Shown: piece after piece, positions 40,422 to 49,322 of the stretch
Numbering within the stretch: position 1 is the first letter of the stretch
Layout of the letters: the number at the start of each line of letters is the position of its first letter
The notes under the pieces: model-generated
What the model saw: only the letters and a program-made list of their open reading frames with translations
What the model was told of the DNA's origin: nothing
Databases searched by the model: none
Translations under genes and position numbers: made by a program
Source: an uncultured Chloroflexia bacterium
Lineage (GTDB): Bacteria > Chloroflexota > Limnocylindria > Limnocylindrales > CSP1-4
Length of the DNA stretch: 64,000 bases
Assembly (NCBI GenBank): GCA_963819655.1
Contig: CAWFXA010000002.1
Location: 1,536,001 to 1,600,000, forward strand
Direction: 5' to 3'

Positions 40422-41296
40422 CGGACGACTCGACAACGTCGACGCAGCGCGCACACGACCTGGTCCTGGCGCGGGTCCATCTCCGCCTCGGTTCGCTGTC
40501 CCTGGCCCGCGCCGAGCTCGAGACTCTGGCGGGTCGCGACATGTTGGACGCCGAGGGTGTGGTCGACCTTGCCGAGGTGCGCTGGCGCACCGGTGACATC
40601 ACCGGCGCGGGCGAGGCAGCCGCGGTCGTGCTCGACGACGATGACGGCCCGGTCCTCGCTCTGATCGTCGCGGCCGAGGCGGCTGCGGCGCGCGGGCGTC
40701 CGACCGAGGCACGCCGCCTTGCCGCCAAGGCGTTGGCCGCTGCCAACGGCTCCATCGACGCCATCTTCGCCGGCATGCCGCGGAGCCCGGCGTGGCCGCC
40801 CGATCCCGCGGCGCCACCGCCCGCACCGACGACGATGTTCGACACGCCCCGCGCCGAGTCTGGTCGCGCGGCCAACGCGGACCGCCGTCGCACCGCCCGC
40901 GAGCCCAAGGCCGCGCCGGCGCCCCTGGACGCGGCGGAGGACGAAGGGATCGGACTGTGGGACGAGGGCCTCGCCGCCGAAGCCGAGGCGCAGGCCGAGG
41001 CGCAAGCCGAGGTCGATGCATCGCTGCCGACCGGTCACGAAGCGCTCGACGAGGGTCGCGCGTCGCTGGAGGCGGGCGACGTGGCGAATGCGGCCCTCCA
41101 GCTGGCACTCGTCCTGCGTATGGCTCCGGCCCTGGCCCCGGCCGTGCTCGACCTGATCGGCGATCGCCACGACCCGGCTCTGGCACTCCTGCGCGGCGAT
41201 GCGTATCGTCTCGTCGGCCGAGAGATCGATGCGCGGCGGGCATACGCCGACGCCGCCCGACCTGATGAGCCACCACCACAAGGAGACCCCGCGTGA
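40418..41296 (+). CDS. Hypothetical TPR-like helical protein
   Basis: ATGA coupling to M16 gene and GTGA to ndk; Ala-rich helical repeats with Pro-rich linker. Confidence 0.65.
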   Translation: MTDDSTTSTQRAHDLVLARVHLRLGSLSLARAELETLAGRDMLDAEGVVDLAEVRWRTGDITGAGEAAAVVLDDDDGPVLALIVAAEAAAARGRPTEARRLAAKALAAANGSIDAIFAGMPRSPAWPPDPAAPPPAPTTMFDTPRAESGRAANADRRRTAREPKAAPAPLDAAEDEGIGLWDEGLAAEAEAQAEAQAEVDASLPTGHEALDEGRASLEAGDVANAALQLALVLRMAPALAPAVLDLIGDRHDPALALLRGDAYRLVGREIDARRAYADAARPDEPPPQGDPA

Positions 41297-41754
41297 TCGA
41301 ACGCACCCTCGTCCTCGTCAAGCCCGACGGCGTCCAGCGCCAGCTGACGGGTCGGATCCTCGCGCGGTACGAGGAGCGTGGGCTCAAGGTCATCGGGCTC
41401 AAGCTCGTCACGGTCGATCGCGTCCTCGCTGAGCGCCACTACGCGGCGCATCGCGAGAGGCCGTTCTTCGTCGGCCTCGTCGACTTCATCACGTCCGCGC
41501 CGCTGGTCGCGCTCGCGCTCGAGGGTCCGAATGCCATCGGCGTCGTCCGTGCGATCAACGGGGCGACCCGCCCGGAAGAGGCGGCGCCCGGAACGGTCCG
41601 CGGCGATTTCGCGCTCGAGACCGCGCAGAACATCGTCCACGCGTCCGACGGGCCGGAGGCTGCGGCCGCGGAACTGGCGCTCTGGTTCGGTGATGGCGAG
41701 CTGCTCGACTACGAGCGCGACATCGACCGCTGGGTCCTCGCTCCGGAGGAGTGA
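41293..41754 (+). CDS. ndk: Nucleoside diphosphate kinase
   Basis: ERTLVLVKPDGVQR, PGTVRGDF, NIVHASD. Confidence 0.96.
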   Translation: MIERTLVLVKPDGVQRQLTGRILARYEERGLKVIGLKLVTVDRVLAERHYAAHRERPFFVGLVDFITSAPLVALALEGPNAIGVVRAINGATRPEEAAPGTVRGDFALETAQNIVHASDGPEAAAAELALWFGDGELLDYERDIDRWVLAPEE

Positions 41755-41791
41755 CCTGCCGGTCGGTCGGCGCAGCCGCGCGCTCGATCGG

Positions 41792-43399
41792 CTAGGTCGT
41801 CGGGACCGGCTCGAACGACGGAGACTCTGACGGAGACTCCGACGGCTCCGGGGAGGGCGAACCCGGCGCGCTCGGCGCGCTCGATGAGCTATCGGGCGTC
41901 GCGTCCGGCGGCACCGCGCTGGGCGCGTCCGATTCCGCGGGTGGTGGTTCGCCGGGTGCGAAGGACTCGACGCTGGTGTCCATGTTGGGCGGTAGCCCGG
42001 CCGCTGCCTGCGGGGAGCCGAACGCGCCCGCGGACACGACCAGCGCCAGCACCGCGAGGAGCGCCGCCGACCCGGTCGCGGTGACGAGGCGATTGTCGGC
42101 CCAGGTCCGGGCGAGCCACGCGGCCGGGTGGGTCAGGTCGATTCCCGAGATGACCGGGCGCCAGGGCACGCGCGGTGTGCTGCCCGGCCGTTCGATCCCG
42201 AAGTAGAACAGCCGTCCGTAATAGATGAGCGGGCTGAGCGTTCCCAGGAGGACGACAGTGGCGATCGGTCCGTCGAGCACCAGCGCGACCAGGGCGGCGC
42301 GCGCCTCCGCGGCCGCCAGACCCGGCAGTCCGATGCTCGCAAGGACGACCAGCCCGAGCACGACCGCGAGGATCGGGGCTCGCACGGCCCACCCGCGCAG
42401 GTCGGCGAGACGGCCGGTCCCGAAGGTCGCCCGCGTCGCGGCCGCCCAGGCGGCGAACGCACTGCGTGCGACGATGAACGCCAAGATCCACGTCCGCGCC
42501 GGCGCCCAGGCCGCAGGATCGAGCGCCGCGATCGCCAGGATGATGACGCCGGCATCGCTGACGATCGCATAGCCGACGACGTGCTCGATGTCCTCCTGGA
42601 TCCAGGCCGCGATCGACCCAAGCACGATCGACGCGATGGCCACCGCGAGGACGATGATGCGCACCGAGCCCAGGTCGAGCGCCAGCGGCGCGACCGAGGC
42701 ATCGGCCCATGCCAGCGCCACGATCGCGAGCGCGGCCGGAGCGATGGCGGTCACGAGCGGCAGCGTCGTCTCGGGCACGGCGTCGGTCAGCCGTGCGGCC
42801 CAGGTGTGCACGGGGATGGCCCCGAACCGGATCGCGACGGCGAGTGCGAACGCGAGGTACGCCAGCCCGAAGACGATCGGCTGAGCAGCGAGCTCACTCA
42901 GGTCGCGACCGAACCAGGCCGTGGCCGCGATCGCCATCGTGCCGGCGACGGCCGTCGCCCGCAGGACCCGCGCCCCGACGGTCGCGGCGACGCGGCCGCC
43001 GACGGGTGTCAGCGCCACGAGCGCGCCAAACGCACCGCCCGCGGTCGCCGCGATGACCGCGACGCGCGGGTCGGGCAGGGATAACGCGAGGGCGGACGAC
43101 GCCAGGATCCCGAGCGCCACGGCCGGCGCATCACGCCGGCTGGTAGTGGCCTCGCCGACGATCGCCAGCAGCAGGGCCACGAGCGCACCGAGGACAAGGA
43201 AGAGGCGCAGATAGTCGGTCGTGGCGATGCCGCCACCGCCGAACTCGATGATCTGGCTCGGCCGGATGAGCAGACCGGTCACGACCGCGGCGAACAGGGC
43301 CGCGATGCCGACACGGGTCGCGAGTCGCTCGCGGTGGCGGAGCATGAGCGTCACGATCGCGCCGAGGCCGGTCACGACCAGGAACGGCAGCATGCTCAT
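41792..43399 (-). CDS. Proton-conducting transporter family membrane protein (NuoN/MrpD-like, degenerate)
   Basis: About 14 TM; AIRFGAIPVHTW, QEDIEHVVGYA, DLRGW, ASIGLPGLA; Ser/Pro-rich tail. Confidence 0.7.
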   Translation of the reverse strand: MSMLPFLVVTGLGAIVTLMLRHRERLATRVGIAALFAAVVTGLLIRPSQIIEFGGGGIATTDYLRLFLVLGALVALLLAIVGEATTSRRDAPAVALGILASSALALSLPDPRVAVIAATAGGAFGALVALTPVGGRVAATVGARVLRATAVAGTMAIAATAWFGRDLSELAAQPIVFGLAYLAFALAVAIRFGAIPVHTWAARLTDAVPETTLPLVTAIAPAALAIVALAWADASVAPLALDLGSVRIIVLAVAIASIVLGSIAAWIQEDIEHVVGYAIVSDAGVIILAIAALDPAAWAPARTWILAFIVARSAFAAWAAATRATFGTGRLADLRGWAVRAPILAVVLGLVVLASIGLPGLAAAEARAALVALVLDGPIATVVLLGTLSPLIYYGRLFYFGIERPGSTPRVPWRPVISGIDLTHPAAWLARTWADNRLVTATGSAALLAVLALVVSAGAFGSPQAAAGLPPNMDTSVESFAPGEPPPAESDAPSAVPPDATPDSSSSAPSAPGSPSPEPSESPSESPSFEPVPTT

Positions 43400-43412
43400 C
43401 GACGGGTCCCGC

Positions 43413-44081
43413 TCAGACGGCGTCGAGCGGATGCGCGTCGGGCTCGCGGCGACGCCGGGACCGCGCTTCGAGGCTGAACCCGAAACCGCCCGTGCCGTCG
43501 CCTCGTGCGCTGCCGGCCAGTGTCGCGAGCGTGCCGGCAAGGACGACGAGCGTGCCGCTGGTGACCAGCTGCTCGAGCTCGTCGGGAGTCCCCCCGAGGG
43601 CTGCGCGGACGAGCAAGGCGGCATCGACCAGGAGGATCGAGCCGAGGCCGACGCGGAAGACATCGCGCCCGGTCAGCGTGGCGGGCATGGCCAGGGCCGC
43701 GACAGCGAAGCCGGCAGCGCTCGCCAGCGCTGAGCCCATCGCCGGGGCGCCAAGACCGTGGGCGGCGAAGCCGACGACGAACGCCGCGCCCGCGACGAGC
43801 GTCTCGGCCGGCCAGCCGATGCGCGACCCGCCGGTCACCGCGCCCGGGACGCCGGCCCGTGGCCGGTCGCGCGCGACGACCCACAGCAGGTACGCAGCGA
43901 GGATCGCCCCGACGAAGCGCGTCGCCAGACCGAGCGGCGCCGGGATCGGGTCGGCCAGCACCGGCGAGCCGATGAGCACGACGGCGAGACCGAGGACGGT
44001 GGTGCGTGCGTCCCGGGAGGACACGGCGACGACGGTGCCGGCGACGACCGCGAGGGCGATCCCGGCCAGGATCGGGTTCAT
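43413..44081 (-). CDS. Multi-pass membrane hypothetical protein
   Basis: About 7 hydrophobic segments; co-oriented between lepB and the NuoN-like gene. Confidence 0.65.
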   Translation of the reverse strand: MNPILAGIALAVVAGTVVAVSSRDARTTVLGLAVVLIGSPVLADPIPAPLGLATRFVGAILAAYLLWVVARDRPRAGVPGAVTGGSRIGWPAETLVAGAAFVVGFAAHGLGAPAMGSALASAAGFAVAALAMPATLTGRDVFRVGLGSILLVDAALLVRAALGGTPDELEQLVTSGTLVVLAGTLATLAGSARGDGTGGFGFSLEARSRRRREPDAHPLDAV

Positions 44082-44100
44082 CGCCGGGTCCCCGACCGCG

Positions 44101-44700
44101 TCATGGGGTCGCGGGTGCCAGGCTCGGGTAGGTCGGCGTCTGGAGGATGCCGATGGTGTCGAACGGCCAGTAGCGCAGCCAGGCGCGGCCGACCACCCGA
44201 TCCAACGGCACGGAGCCGAAGGTCCGCGAGTCGGCCGAATTCGCTCGGTGGTCGCCCATCAGGAACAGCTCGCCTGCCGGCACGGTCCATGTCGACTGCT
44301 CGAGCGATGGTGTCGTGGGTTGTGGCGGTCCGCCGACCTCATCGGCGTACAGGTACGTCTCGTCGAGCGCGACCCCGTTGATATACACCAACCCGTCTTC
44401 GCGGATCTCGACCACCTCGCCGGGCTCGCCGATGACCCGCTTGATGAACGGCGTGTTCGCGTTGCCCCACTCCGCGGGTGGCTGGAAGACGACGATGTCA
44501 CCCCGGTTGTACGCGTCGAACCGCGGCGTCAGCTTGTCGACGAGGACGTACTCGCCCTCCTCCAGCGTCCGCTGCATCGACTTCTGCTCGACCTTGTAGG
44601 GCTGCGCGACGAAGTTCTGGATGACAAAGAAGATCAGGAGCGTCAGGACGAGCGTCTCGACGAGCTCGAAGAGGCACCCGAGCGCCGGTCGTTGACTCAC
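44101..44700 (-). CDS. lepB: Signal peptidase I
   Basis: SMQRTL, RGDIVVF, FIKRVIG, MGDHRANSADSR. Confidence 0.93.
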   Translation of the reverse strand: MSQRPALGCLFELVETLVLTLLIFFVIQNFVAQPYKVEQKSMQRTLEEGEYVLVDKLTPRFDAYNRGDIVVFQPPAEWGNANTPFIKRVIGEPGEVVEIREDGLVYINGVALDETYLYADEVGGPPQPTTPSLEQSTWTVPAGELFLMGDHRANSADSRTFGSVPLDRVVGRAWLRYWPFDTIGILQTPTYPSLAPATP

Positions 44701-44800
44701 AAGTCCGGCAGTATAGGGGCGCGCGTCGCGCGTCGGGATGGCGGCCGATGGCCTGTGACGCGGTGCGTCAGGGGTGCATAACAAGCCCTGTCGGCCGAGT

Positions 44801-44830
44801 TTGACCCGCTCAAGAGCGCCTTGTTACACT
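44801..44830 (+). promoter_or_regulatory. Sigma70-type promoter of hppA
   Basis: TTGACC-18 nt-TACACT with extended TG. Confidence 0.6.
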
Positions 44831-44974
44831 CGCCGCCGGCCTGCAAGGTCCCACCCATCGGTGCATGCCGACGGGACCCGGCGGCATCTCCCCGGACCCC
44901 GCGACGACGGCGCATCCTGACGCGCCCGGACCCGGTGCCGGTCAGCCTTCCCCACTGGAGGACCCCACGACCTG

Positions 44975-47209
44975 ATGGATGCCAGTGCGCTCCAGTTGAT
45001 CATCCTGCCGGCCGGGATCATCGCCGTGCTGTTCGCCCTCTACCTGGCCCGGGACGTCCTGGCCCGCGACACGGGCACCGCTGAGATGCAGGCCGTCGCC
45101 GGCACGATCTTCGAAGGCGCCGTCGCCTTCATCCGTCGCCAGTACACGACGATCTTCCTGCTGGCGGTGGTCGGCGCCTTCGTCATCGGCGCGGTCATCA
45201 CGCTGGTCGAGACGCCCGAGGTCGCCGACGTGCCGAAGCTGGCCGGTCTGCCGATCGGGATCATGACCGCGGTCGCCTTCTTCGTCGGGGCGCTGTGCTC
45301 GATGGCCTCGGGGATCATCGGCATGTACATCAGCGTCAAGGCGAACGTGCGCACGGCATCGGCGGCACGGCGCAGCCTCGTCGAGGCCGTCCAGGTCGCG
45401 ATGCGCGGCGGCGCCGTCTCCGGGTTCCTCGTCGTCGCCCTGTCGCTCCTTGGCGTGTGGGGCATCTTCACCGCCTACAGCACGCTGGTCGCCGACGTCA
45501 CCGTGGCCGACGCTCCGTTCCTCATCGTGGGGTTCGGCTTCGGAGCGTCGTTCGTCGCGCTCTTCGCCCAGCTCGGCGGCGGCATCTACACGAAGGCGGC
45601 CGACGTGGGCTCCGACCTCGTCGGAAAGGTCGAGAAGGGCATCCCCGAGGACGATCCGCGCAACGCGGGCGTCGTCGCCGATCTCGTCGGCGACAACGTT
45701 GGCGACTGCGCCGGCCGTGGCGCCGACCTGTTCGAGTCGACCGCCGCCGAGAACATCGGCGCGATGATCCTCGGCGTCGCGGTGTTCAGCATCGCGTCCG
45801 CGGCAGGGTGGCCCAACCCCGAAGCCTGGATCTTCTTCCCGCTGGTCGTCCGCGCCTTCGGCCTCCTCGCGACGATCGTGGCGATCTTCTTCGTCCGCGG
45901 CAAGGAGACCGAGGACCCGATGAACATACTCAACCGCGGCTACTGGGTCACGACCCTGCTGTCCGTGGTCGGGCTGGCCATCACGACCGCCGTGATGATG
46001 AACACGAATGGCAGCGTCGGCGACGCCTTCGGGCTCCCGACCTGGGTGTACTTCTTCTTCGCCGGCGTCGTCGGCCTCGTGACAAGCGTCGCGTTCGTCT
46101 ACATCACCCAGTTCTATACGGCGGGCTCGTACCGCCCGGTCCGCGAGATCGCCGAGGCGTCCAAGACCGGGCCTGCGACCAACATCATCAGCGGCACCGC
46201 CGTCGGCTTCGAGACCACCCTCGTCACCGCCATCACCATCAGCATCGCCCTCTTCGCCAGCTTCTGGCTTGGCAACGAGGCCGGTCTTGTTGGCGAAGGT
46301 GGTCGCAACGTCGGTGGCATCTTCGGGACAGCGGTCGCGACGATGGGCATGCTCATGACCACCGCCTACATCCTGGCGATGGACACGTTCGGTCCGATCA
46401 CCGATAACGCCGGCGGCATCGCCGAGTTCAGCCGCGCAGAAAAGGGCGCACGTGAGATCACCGACCGCCTCGACGCGGTCGGGAACACCACGAAGGCGCT
46501 GACCAAGGGATATGCCATCGCGTCGGCCTCCCTCGCGGCGTTCCTGTTGTTCTCCGCCTACATCGACAAGGTCAACGTGATCCAGGCCCGTCGGATCGAA
46601 GCCGGTGTGCCTGGCGCGCAGCTCCTCGAGTCGGTCAACCTCGCCAACGTCAACGTGTTCATCGCGGCGCTGATCGCCGCGATGCTCGTGTACTTCTTCT
46701 CGAGCCTGGCGATCCGCGCGGTCGGGAAGACGGCACAGACGATCATCGTCGAGGTTCGCCGCCAGTTCCGCGAGATGCCCGGGATCATGGACTACAGCCA
46801 GCGCCCGGACTACGCGCGTGTCGTCGACATCACGACCAAGGCGGCACTTCGCGAGATGGTCGCCCCAGGGCTCGTCGCGGTCGCCACGCCGATCATCGTC
46901 GGTGTGCTGCTCGGCTACGAGGCGGTCGCCGGGATGCTGATGGTCGGCACGATCGCCGGCGTTCTCCTCGCCACCGTCCTCAACAACGGCGGCGGGGCGT
47001 GGGACAACGCCAAGAAGTACATCGAATCGGGCCAGCTCAAGGACGACGAGGGCAATGTCCTCGGCAAGGGCTCGGCAGCCCACGCCGCTGCCGTCGTCGG
47101 CGACACCGTCGGCGACCCGTTCAAGGACACCGCCGGCCCGTCGCTGCACGTCCTGGTGAAACTGCTGGCCACGATCACCCTGGTCCTGGCGCCCCTCTTC
47201 ATCCGGTAG
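44975..47209 (+). CDS. hppA: Membrane-bound ion-translocating pyrophosphatase (K+-independent H+-PPase type)
   Basis: GGIYTKAADVGSDLVGKVE, EDDPRN, DNVGD, GPITDNAGG, GNTTKA, GDTVGDPFKDT. Confidence 0.95.
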   Translation: MDASALQLIILPAGIIAVLFALYLARDVLARDTGTAEMQAVAGTIFEGAVAFIRRQYTTIFLLAVVGAFVIGAVITLVETPEVADVPKLAGLPIGIMTAVAFFVGALCSMASGIIGMYISVKANVRTASAARRSLVEAVQVAMRGGAVSGFLVVALSLLGVWGIFTAYSTLVADVTVADAPFLIVGFGFGASFVALFAQLGGGIYTKAADVGSDLVGKVEKGIPEDDPRNAGVVADLVGDNVGDCAGRGADLFESTAAENIGAMILGVAVFSIASAAGWPNPEAWIFFPLVVRAFGLLATIVAIFFVRGKETEDPMNILNRGYWVTTLLSVVGLAITTAVMMNTNGSVGDAFGLPTWVYFFFAGVVGLVTSVAFVYITQFYTAGSYRPVREIAEASKTGPATNIISGTAVGFETTLVTAITISIALFASFWLGNEAGLVGEGGRNVGGIFGTAVATMGMLMTTAYILAMDTFGPITDNAGGIAEFSRAEKGAREITDRLDAVGNTTKALTKGYAIASASLAAFLLFSAYIDKVNVIQARRIEAGVPGAQLLESVNLANVNVFIAALIAAMLVYFFSSLAIRAVGKTAQTIIVEVRRQFREMPGIMDYSQRPDYARVVDITTKAALREMVAPGLVAVATPIIVGVLLGYEAVAGMLMVGTIAGVLLATVLNNGGGAWDNAKKYIESGQLKDDEGNVLGKGSAAHAAAVVGDTVGDPFKDTAGPSLHVLVKLLATITLVLAPLFIR

Positions 47210-47252
47210 TCGGCGCCAGAACCACCTCGATCAAGAACCGAGAATCGCCGAG

Positions 47253-47357
47253 CCATGATGCGTACAGGCCAAGGCGTCGCCGAGCACCCGAGCGCGCGCA
47301 CCCCAAGGTGCGTAAGCGAGCGCGCACAGGCGGCAACGCCGGCCTGGACCATCAGGG
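47253..47357. repeat. Intergenic multi-stem palindromic element (REP/MITE-like or ncRNA)
   Basis: TGATG/CATCA, CAGGCC/GGCCTG, GGCGT/ACGCC and GCAC-cccaag-GTGC nested stems. Confidence 0.55.
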
Positions 47358-47371
47358 CCGGCGCCTGATAG

Positions 47372-48199
47372 ATGGACACTGTCGTCCAGGCCCTCGTGAT
47401 GGGGATCGTGCAGGGACTCACCGAGTTCCTGCCGGTCTCCTCGTCCGCCCACCTGATCATCGTGCCGTTCCTGTTCGGCTGGGACGACGCGTTCATCACG
47501 TCGCTGGCATTCAGCGTGATGCTCCATCTGGGCACCCTCGTCGCGTTGCTCGTCTACTTCCGGGCGGATTGGGTGCGGCTGGTCCCGGCCGGACTGGCGG
47601 CGGCGCGCGATCGCTCGTTCCGTGGCGATGACGACCGGAAGCTGGCGTGGCTCCTCGTCGCCTCGACCATCCCGGCAGCCCTTGTCGGATTGGTGTTCAA
47701 CGACGTCATCGAGGACTCGTTCCGGCAGATCGGGCTCGTCGCCGTCGCCCTCGTCGTCGGTGGCGTGATCCTGCTCGTGGCCGACCGGGTCGGCGCCACG
47801 TCACGGCGCATCGAGGACGTCACGTTCCCGATCGCGATCGGCATCGGTGTCGCCCAGGCGTTCGCGCTCGTGCCCGGGATCAGTCGATCGGGGATCTCGA
47901 TCGCCGCGGGCCGACTGGTCGGGATGGACCGCGAATCCGCGGCCCGGTTCGCGTTCCTGATGGCCACCCCGATCACCGCCGGGGCCGGGTTGTTCGAGGC
48001 ACGCAAGCTGCTGGCCGGAGAAAGCGGCGTCGACGTGGCGATCGCGCCACTCGTGGTCGGCATGGTGGCCGCGCTCGTGTCGGGGCTCGTCGCCATCCAC
48101 TTCACGCTCAGCTACCTTCGACGGCAGTCGCTCGACATCTTCGTCTGGTACCGCTTCGCGCTCGCCGCAGTCGTGCTCATCGCCTGGCTGGCACGCTGA
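47372..48199 (+). CDS. uppP: Undecaprenyl-diphosphate phosphatase
   Basis: QGLTEFLPVSSSAH, HLGT, PGISRSG, ARFAFL. Confidence 0.95.
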   Translation: MDTVVQALVMGIVQGLTEFLPVSSSAHLIIVPFLFGWDDAFITSLAFSVMLHLGTLVALLVYFRADWVRLVPAGLAAARDRSFRGDDDRKLAWLLVASTIPAALVGLVFNDVIEDSFRQIGLVAVALVVGGVILLVADRVGATSRRIEDVTFPIAIGIGVAQAFALVPGISRSGISIAAGRLVGMDRESAARFAFLMATPITAGAGLFEARKLLAGESGVDVAIAPLVVGMVAALVSGLVAIHFTLSYLRRQSLDIFVWYRFALAAVVLIAWLAR

Positions 48200-48208
48200 G
48201 TCCACGCC

Positions 48209-48679
48209 ATGGAGGTCATGAAACAGCTCCGGCAGCGGGCGATCCGCGACATCGTCGGTCAGCGGCCGATCCGCACACAGCAGGAGCTCGCAGCCGCCCT
48301 CCGCGAGCGTGGCTTTCGCACGACCCAGGCGACGATCAGCCGCGACGTCGCGGAGCTTGGGTTGATCAAGGTCTCGCGCGAGGGCACGGCAGTCTATGCG
48401 CTGCCACCGCGGCTCATCGAGGCGGAGACCTCCGGCGAGGACCGACTCCGCAAGCTGCTGTCCGACCTCCCGCTCGAGATCCACGAGGCGGGGTTGCTCC
48501 TCGTCCTGCGGACGCTGCCGGGCTCGGCGCATGCGATCGCGGCGGCGCTCGACCGCGCGCGCTGGCCCGAGGTCGCGGGCTCGATCGCAGGGGACGACAC
48601 GCTGTTCGTGGCGCTGCCCGACCGGGGCTCGCTGCAGCGCGTGAAGAGGCGCCTGTATCGCCTTGCCGAGGGGCCTTGA
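48209..48679 (+). CDS. argR: Arginine repressor
   Basis: TQQEL, TQATISRD, TLPGSA, GSIAGDDT. Confidence 0.93.
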   Translation: MEVMKQLRQRAIRDIVGQRPIRTQQELAAALRERGFRTTQATISRDVAELGLIKVSREGTAVYALPPRLIEAETSGEDRLRKLLSDLPLEIHEAGLLLVLRTLPGSAHAIAAALDRARWPEVAGSIAGDDTLFVALPDRGSLQRVKRRLYRLAEGP

Positions 48680-48685
48680 GACCTT

Positions 48686-48714
48686 TTGACACTCATGCGG
48701 GACGCGGCTACCAT
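48686..48714 (+). promoter_or_regulatory. Sigma70 promoter of greA
   Basis: TTGACA-17 nt-TACCAT. Confidence 0.75.
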
Positions 48715-48730
48715 TCGCCTCCGGCTGGGA

Positions 48731-48776
48731 ACTTCAGGCGCGCGGGGACACCGCAGCGGCCTGAAGTCCTTTTTGT
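48731..48776 (+). terminator. Intrinsic terminator within the greA leader
   Basis: ACTTCAGGC...GCCTGAAGT stem followed by CCTTTTTGTT. Confidence 0.7.
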
Positions 48777-48837
48777 TATCAGCTGACCGACCACCGGTCG
48801 TGCACATCAGCGCGACCTCGCCATGCGGGGACGGATC

Positions 48838-49305
48838 GTGAACAACAACAAGCCCACCTATCTGTCCAAGGACGGCCTCGAGAAGCTTCGTGCCGAGCTC
48901 GAGGAGATGACCACCGTCAAGCGACCCGAGATCGCGAATCGGATCCACGACGCCAAGGAACACGGCGACCTGTCCGAGAACGCGGAGTACGAGGACGCCA
49001 AGAACGAGCAGGCGTTCGTCGAGGGGCGCATCCAGACGCTCGAGGCGCTGATCAAGAACGCCACCCTCATCGACGAGAACCACTCGACCGACCACGTTCA
49101 GATCGGATCGACGGTCGGCGTCGAGAGCGACGACGGCAAGGAGACCTTCACGATCGTCGGCTCGGCCGAGGCCAAGCCCGGCGAGGGCCGGATCTCCAAC
49201 GAAAGCCCGGTCGGTCGATCGCTGCTCGGTCGGAAGAAGGGCGAGAAGATCGTCGTGAAGGTGCCCGCCGGCGACTTCACGTACAAGATCACCAGCATCA
49301 CCTGA
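48838..49305 (+). CDS. greA: Transcription elongation factor GreA
   Basis: HGDLSENAEYEDAK, ISNESPVG. Confidence 0.96.
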   Translation: MNNNKPTYLSKDGLEKLRAELEEMTTVKRPEIANRIHDAKEHGDLSENAEYEDAKNEQAFVEGRIQTLEALIKNATLIDENHSTDHVQIGSTVGVESDDGKETFTIVGSAEAKPGEGRISNESPVGRSLLGRKKGEKIVVKVPAGDFTYKITSIT

Positions 49306-49322
49306 GGGAGACGGCCAGCGCC

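Noticed and set aside
40982-41012. 12-bp tandem repeat GCCGAGGCGCA(G/A)
   Set aside because: In-frame low-complexity coding (AEAQAEAQAE); not CRISPR or a mobile repeat.
44774-44790. Possible ArgR box (TGCATA...)
   Set aside because: Only a half-site; no convincing ARG box pair here or upstream of cphB/cphA by eye.
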